Source: Hyphomicrobiales bacterium (GTDB taxonomy: Bacteria; Pseudomonadota; Alphaproteobacteria; Rhizobiales; JACESI01). Taken from it: a DNA stretch of 64,000 nt. The stretch is from the NCBI GenBank assembly GCA_039989895.1, contig JBDXGY010000006.1, positions 835,092 to 899,091 of the forward strand, read 5' to 3'. Shown here piece by piece: positions 61,001-64,000 of this stretch. The first letter of the stretch is position 1, and the number at the start of each line of letters is the position of its first letter. The notes below the pieces were generated by a model. The model had not been told where the DNA came from, ran no database searches, and saw nothing but the letters and a program-made list of their open reading frames with translations. A program made the position numbers and the translations under genes.

Positions 61001-62374
61001 ATGAACCAATCGCATCGCGTTTTGATTGCAAACAGAGGAGAAATCGCGGTTCGCGCTGCGAAAGCTTGTCGTGCAATTGGATTGGAGAGCGTTGCAGTAT
61101 ACTCCACTGCTGATCGTTCTTCACCTCATGTGTGGCTTGCTGATAAAGCTGTTTGTATTGGCCCGCCTGCGAGCACTAAGAGCTATCTCAATGTGGATGC
61201 CTTGCTCCATGTGGCCAAGCAAACGGGATGTACGATGCTCTATCCCGGTTATGGATTTCTTGCTGAAAACGCGGCCTTTGCCGAACAGTGCGCCGAAGAA
61301 GAGTTGGTCTTCATCGGGCCGTCACCAGAAACAATCACAACTATGGGCGATAAAGCGCGCGCGAGAGACATGGCAAAGAAATTTAACGTGCCGATCGTAC
61401 CTGGATCAAAAGGCGCTTTTACCGATAGCAAAATAGCATTGAAAGAGGCAAAAAAAATCGGCTTTCCCTTGTTGTTGAAAGCAAGTTCAGGTGGCGGCGG
61501 TCGCGGGATGCGGGTCGCAGAAGACTTGACAACATTCAAAACAAAATTCGATGAAGCCTCACAAGAAGCACGCGAAGCTTTTGGTGACCCTTCAGTCTAC
61601 CTTGAACGGTATTTCTCCGCTGTGCGCCATCTTGAGGTACAGATATTCGGTGACAACCATGGATTAGTGCGCCATTTAGGCGAACGGGATTGCACGACAC
61701 AAAGACGCCACCAGAAACTGGTTGAAGAAAGCCCTTCTCCTGTTCTAACCGACAAGGAGCGAAACAGCCTGTTAGACGCTGCTGTACGTTTAGCAAAAGG
61801 CGTTGGCTATCTTGGCGCAGGCACCGTGGAATTTATATTCGATGAAGTATCACGTGAATTCTATTTCATAGAGATGAATACCCGCATTCAGGTCGAACAT
61901 CCGGTGACAGAAATGCGCATCGGCCACGACTTGATTGAAGAACAACTCCGTGTGGCACTCGGTGGGCCTCTTTCTATACCTGAAGAGAAAGACTGGTCCA
62001 GCAATCATGTGATGGAGTTTCGTATCAATGCGGAGAACCCTGATCAAGGCTTTGTCCCTTCCCCCGGTCGCATCACACGGCTACGGTTTCCAACAACGCC
62101 AGATGTGCGTTGCGATAGTTTCATCTATGAAGGCGCCACCATCCAGCCGTTTTACGATTCGATGATCGCAAAGTTAATTGTTACAGGAACTGACAGACAG
62201 GACGCTTTGAAAAATACGCGCAGAGCACTCGATGAACTTATCATTGACGGTATCCACACAACACGAAGTTTTCATCGCAATTTGCTTGATGATCCAGATT
62301 TTATTGGAGCGAAAATCCATACCCGCTGGGTAGAAAATACTTTCATTGATCGCTTAGATGCGCAGAGGATTTGA
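61001..62374 (+). CDS. biotin carboxylase subunit (second, accessory copy)
   Basis: LIANRGEIA, GGGGRGM and EMNTRIQVEHP motifs. 457 aa, starting 3 nt after the BCCP stop. Confidence 0.92.
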   Translation: MNQSHRVLIANRGEIAVRAAKACRAIGLESVAVYSTADRSSPHVWLADKAVCIGPPASTKSYLNVDALLHVAKQTGCTMLYPGYGFLAENAAFAEQCAEEELVFIGPSPETITTMGDKARARDMAKKFNVPIVPGSKGAFTDSKIALKEAKKIGFPLLLKASSGGGGRGMRVAEDLTTFKTKFDEASQEAREAFGDPSVYLERYFSAVRHLEVQIFGDNHGLVRHLGERDCTTQRRHQKLVEESPSPVLTDKERNSLLDAAVRLAKGVGYLGAGTVEFIFDEVSREFYFIEMNTRIQVEHPVTEMRIGHDLIEEQLRVALGGPLSIPEEKDWSSNHVMEFRINAENPDQGFVPSPGRITRLRFPTTPDVRCDSFIYEGATIQPFYDSMIAKLIVTGTDRQDALKNTRRALDELIIDGIHTTRSFHRNLLDDPDFIGAKIHTRWVENTFIDRLDAQRI

Positions 62375-62375
62375 C

Positions 62376-63851
62376 ATGCCAAAAAACAGCACCTCAAGCA
62401 CCATCGAAAAAAGAAAAGTCCGGCTCATTGATGTAACCCTGCGCGATGCTCATCAATGCTTGTGGGCAACCCGCATGACAACCGCGATGATGAAAGATAT
62501 TGCCCCTCGTCTAGACAATGCCGGTTTTGAGGCCATTGATCTTGTAGGTGGTGCCGTCTTTGATGTCATGGTGCGCTACCTGCGCGAAGACCCGTGGGAG
62601 CGGATGCGCATCTTAAATAAATGGATCACAAAAACGCCTTTGATTATTCATACGCGCGGGCAGAGTTTGTTTACCTTCGAATTTTTTGCTGACGACGTAG
62701 TTGAGCTCGCTGCCGAACGTTTTGCCGCAAACGGTATGACATACCACACCCCCTATGACGCCTTAAACGACATACGCAATCTGGGAATTCCGATCAAGGT
62801 TGCAAAGAAACATGGTCTTTATGTTGTGGGAGGGCTTGCCTATACCTATAGCCCTGTTCACACCGACGAATATTACGTTCGCAAGGCCAAAGAGCTTGTT
62901 GCCCATGGTGTTGATGCTGTGTTTGTGAAGGACGCAAGTGGACTTTTGCGACCTGAGCGCGTTGCAACGCTTTTTCCTGCGCTCAAAAAAGCAATCAAAA
63001 ACTTGCCGCTTCAAATCCACACCCACTGCAATTCTGGCCTTGCTCCTTATGTCACCTTACAAGCTGTGGAACATGGTGCCGAAGTAGTCCACACTGCCAC
63101 ATCAACACTCGCAAATGGTGTTTCTCATACGCCTACGGGACTTTTCACCAAGAACTGCCGCCGTCGAGGGTATGACGTTGATATTGATCTGGCTCCCATT
63201 GATGAGGTTGCGGAACGATTGGCTTATATTGCTGAGATGGAAGACAAGCCGGTGGGTACACCAAATCAATATGACGAATTCCATTTCCACCATCAATGCG
63301 CTGGCGGTATGGTGTCAAATCTTCAGTATCAACTGGAGACTATCGGTATTGAAGACAGACTAGAAGAAATTTTGGAAGAAGCAGGTCGGGTGCGCATGGA
63401 TTTAGGCTATCCAATCGTGATCAGCCCCTTCGCGCAATATATAATCACCATGGCAATCCTCAATGTTATGGGCAAGGATCAAGGCAAACCGCGTTACGAA
63501 ACTGTCCCTGATGAAGTACGACGCTATGTGCTTGGTGGATATGGCGAGATCGCAGGAAAAATTGACGGGACGCTCTACGACAAAATCACACGTGGAGCAC
63601 AACCCATCACACAGCGCCCCGGTGAACTTGTCCCACCAGCCTTGAAGCGTCTTCGTAAGGAGCGCGGCCCCTTCGCAAGCGACGACGATCTATTGCTCGC
63701 CGCATTTTATGATGACACTCAATACCAAGCCTTAAAAGCAGCCGGCCCCATTGAGACTGAATATCCCATCATGACGACACCGCTTTTGACGCTCATTAAA
63801 GAACTCAGCAATAGATCTCACATCAAGAGTTTTCATTTTTCAAAAAACTGA
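62376..63851 (+). CDS. pyruvate-carboxylase/oxaloacetate-decarboxylase-type carboxyltransferase subunit lacking a biotinyl domain
   Basis: HMGL-like TIM-barrel motifs: LIDVTLRDAHQ, the carbamyl-Lys context VKDASGLL and the metal ligands HTHCNSG. It ends without an xMKM biotinyl domain. ATG at 62376 with GAGGA 6 nt upstream. Confidence 0.85.
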   Translation: MPKNSTSSTIEKRKVRLIDVTLRDAHQCLWATRMTTAMMKDIAPRLDNAGFEAIDLVGGAVFDVMVRYLREDPWERMRILNKWITKTPLIIHTRGQSLFTFEFFADDVVELAAERFAANGMTYHTPYDALNDIRNLGIPIKVAKKHGLYVVGGLAYTYSPVHTDEYYVRKAKELVAHGVDAVFVKDASGLLRPERVATLFPALKKAIKNLPLQIHTHCNSGLAPYVTLQAVEHGAEVVHTATSTLANGVSHTPTGLFTKNCRRRGYDVDIDLAPIDEVAERLAYIAEMEDKPVGTPNQYDEFHFHHQCAGGMVSNLQYQLETIGIEDRLEEILEEAGRVRMDLGYPIVISPFAQYIITMAILNVMGKDQGKPRYETVPDEVRRYVLGGYGEIAGKIDGTLYDKITRGAQPITQRPGELVPPALKRLRKERGPFASDDDLLLAAFYDDTQYQALKAAGPIETEYPIMTTPLLTLIKELSNRSHIKSFHFSKN

Positions 63852-63959
63852 GACGATGACAGCCACATCATCATTTGCTGCATACAATGAATTCTGAATT
63901 ATGATAAAATACTTGGCTCATATTATCCAAAAAGGAATTATCATTGCCGCACAAAGCAC

Positions 63960-64000
63960 TGGCAGGGGCACACAGACTCGAACTGTGGACCTACGGTTTT
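63960..64000 (-). tRNA. tRNA, 3' part only (cut by window edge), most consistent with tRNA-Trp (CCA)
   Basis: The reverse complement reads ...AAAACCGUAGGUC-CACAG-UUCGAGU-CUGUG-UGCCCCU-G-CCA. The T-arm, acceptor 3' strand, discriminator G and the loop-end/stem context AAAACCG resemble E. coli tRNA-Trp as I recall it. The anticodon itself lies outside the window. Confidence 0.55.

Noticed and set aside
14246-62375. 5' extensions of track ORFs at 14246, 16593, 27842, 34176, 45102, 50179 (minus strand), 57266 and 62358.
   Set aside because: In each case an internal start has a better RBS and matches the usual N-terminus of the family: a Rossmann motif, a signal peptide, or the RIERHYTK start of NrdJ. 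Some of the extended versions would also overlap a neighbouring gene. Coordinates were trimmed in the feature list.
49000-64000. Integrase, transposase or other mobile-element genes, and att duplications, near the four tRNA genes.
   Set aside because: No ORF on either strand has integrase or transposase motifs. I found no second copy of any tRNA 3' end. The island interpretation rests only on tRNA bracketing and gene content.

Overview
This looks like a chromosomal segment from an alphaproteobacterium with Rhizobiales/Hyphomicrobiales-like gene order: trpD-trpC-moaC-moeA, IalB, Omp25-like porins, a DUF2155/NDUFA12 pair, class II RNR, and divergent mfd/sdhE/recG. Most of it is tightly packed housekeeping: tryptophan and molybdopterin synthesis, a two-subunit NAD-formate dehydrogenase, pntAB, qor, mfd, recG, glmSU, ccdA, malyl-CoA lyase, aroQ-accBC, aat, nrdJ and rlmB. 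There are five tRNA genes: Lys-UUU, Gly-UCC, Tyr-GUA, Ser-GCU and a partial Trp at the window edge. No CRISPR array, integrase, transposase or rRNA was seen. Four stretches are not ordinary core. (1) At 51.9-52.6 kb, a tandemly duplicated cassette falls below the ORF-track cutoff. Each copy has a strong RBS, a 37-38 aa peptide with an identical basic 21-aa N-terminus and a divergent C-terminus, and its own terminator, which is the layout of a RiPP or bacteriocin precursor. A His/Lys-rich secreted protein lies next to it. (2) At 53.6-64.0 kb, a roughly 10-kb block is bracketed by tRNA-Ser and tRNA-Trp with both 3' ends pointing inward. It encodes an Asp-nucleophile alpha/beta hydrolase, a BKACE (DUF849) enzyme, an amidase, a TAXI-TRAP transporter and a split three-gene pyruvate-carboxylase-like biotin enzyme. 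No pathway I know combines these. (3) At 18.2-23.2 kb, an orphan family-5 substrate-binding protein is translationally coupled to a motif-degenerate adenylate-forming-enzyme homolog, followed by a PopA-like REC-REC-degenerate-GGDEF protein. (4) An 11-bp tandem repeat is fused to the CCA end of tRNA-Gly, ahead of a roughly 430-nt unannotated trailer. All functional calls come from reading motifs in the translations; no database search was run.
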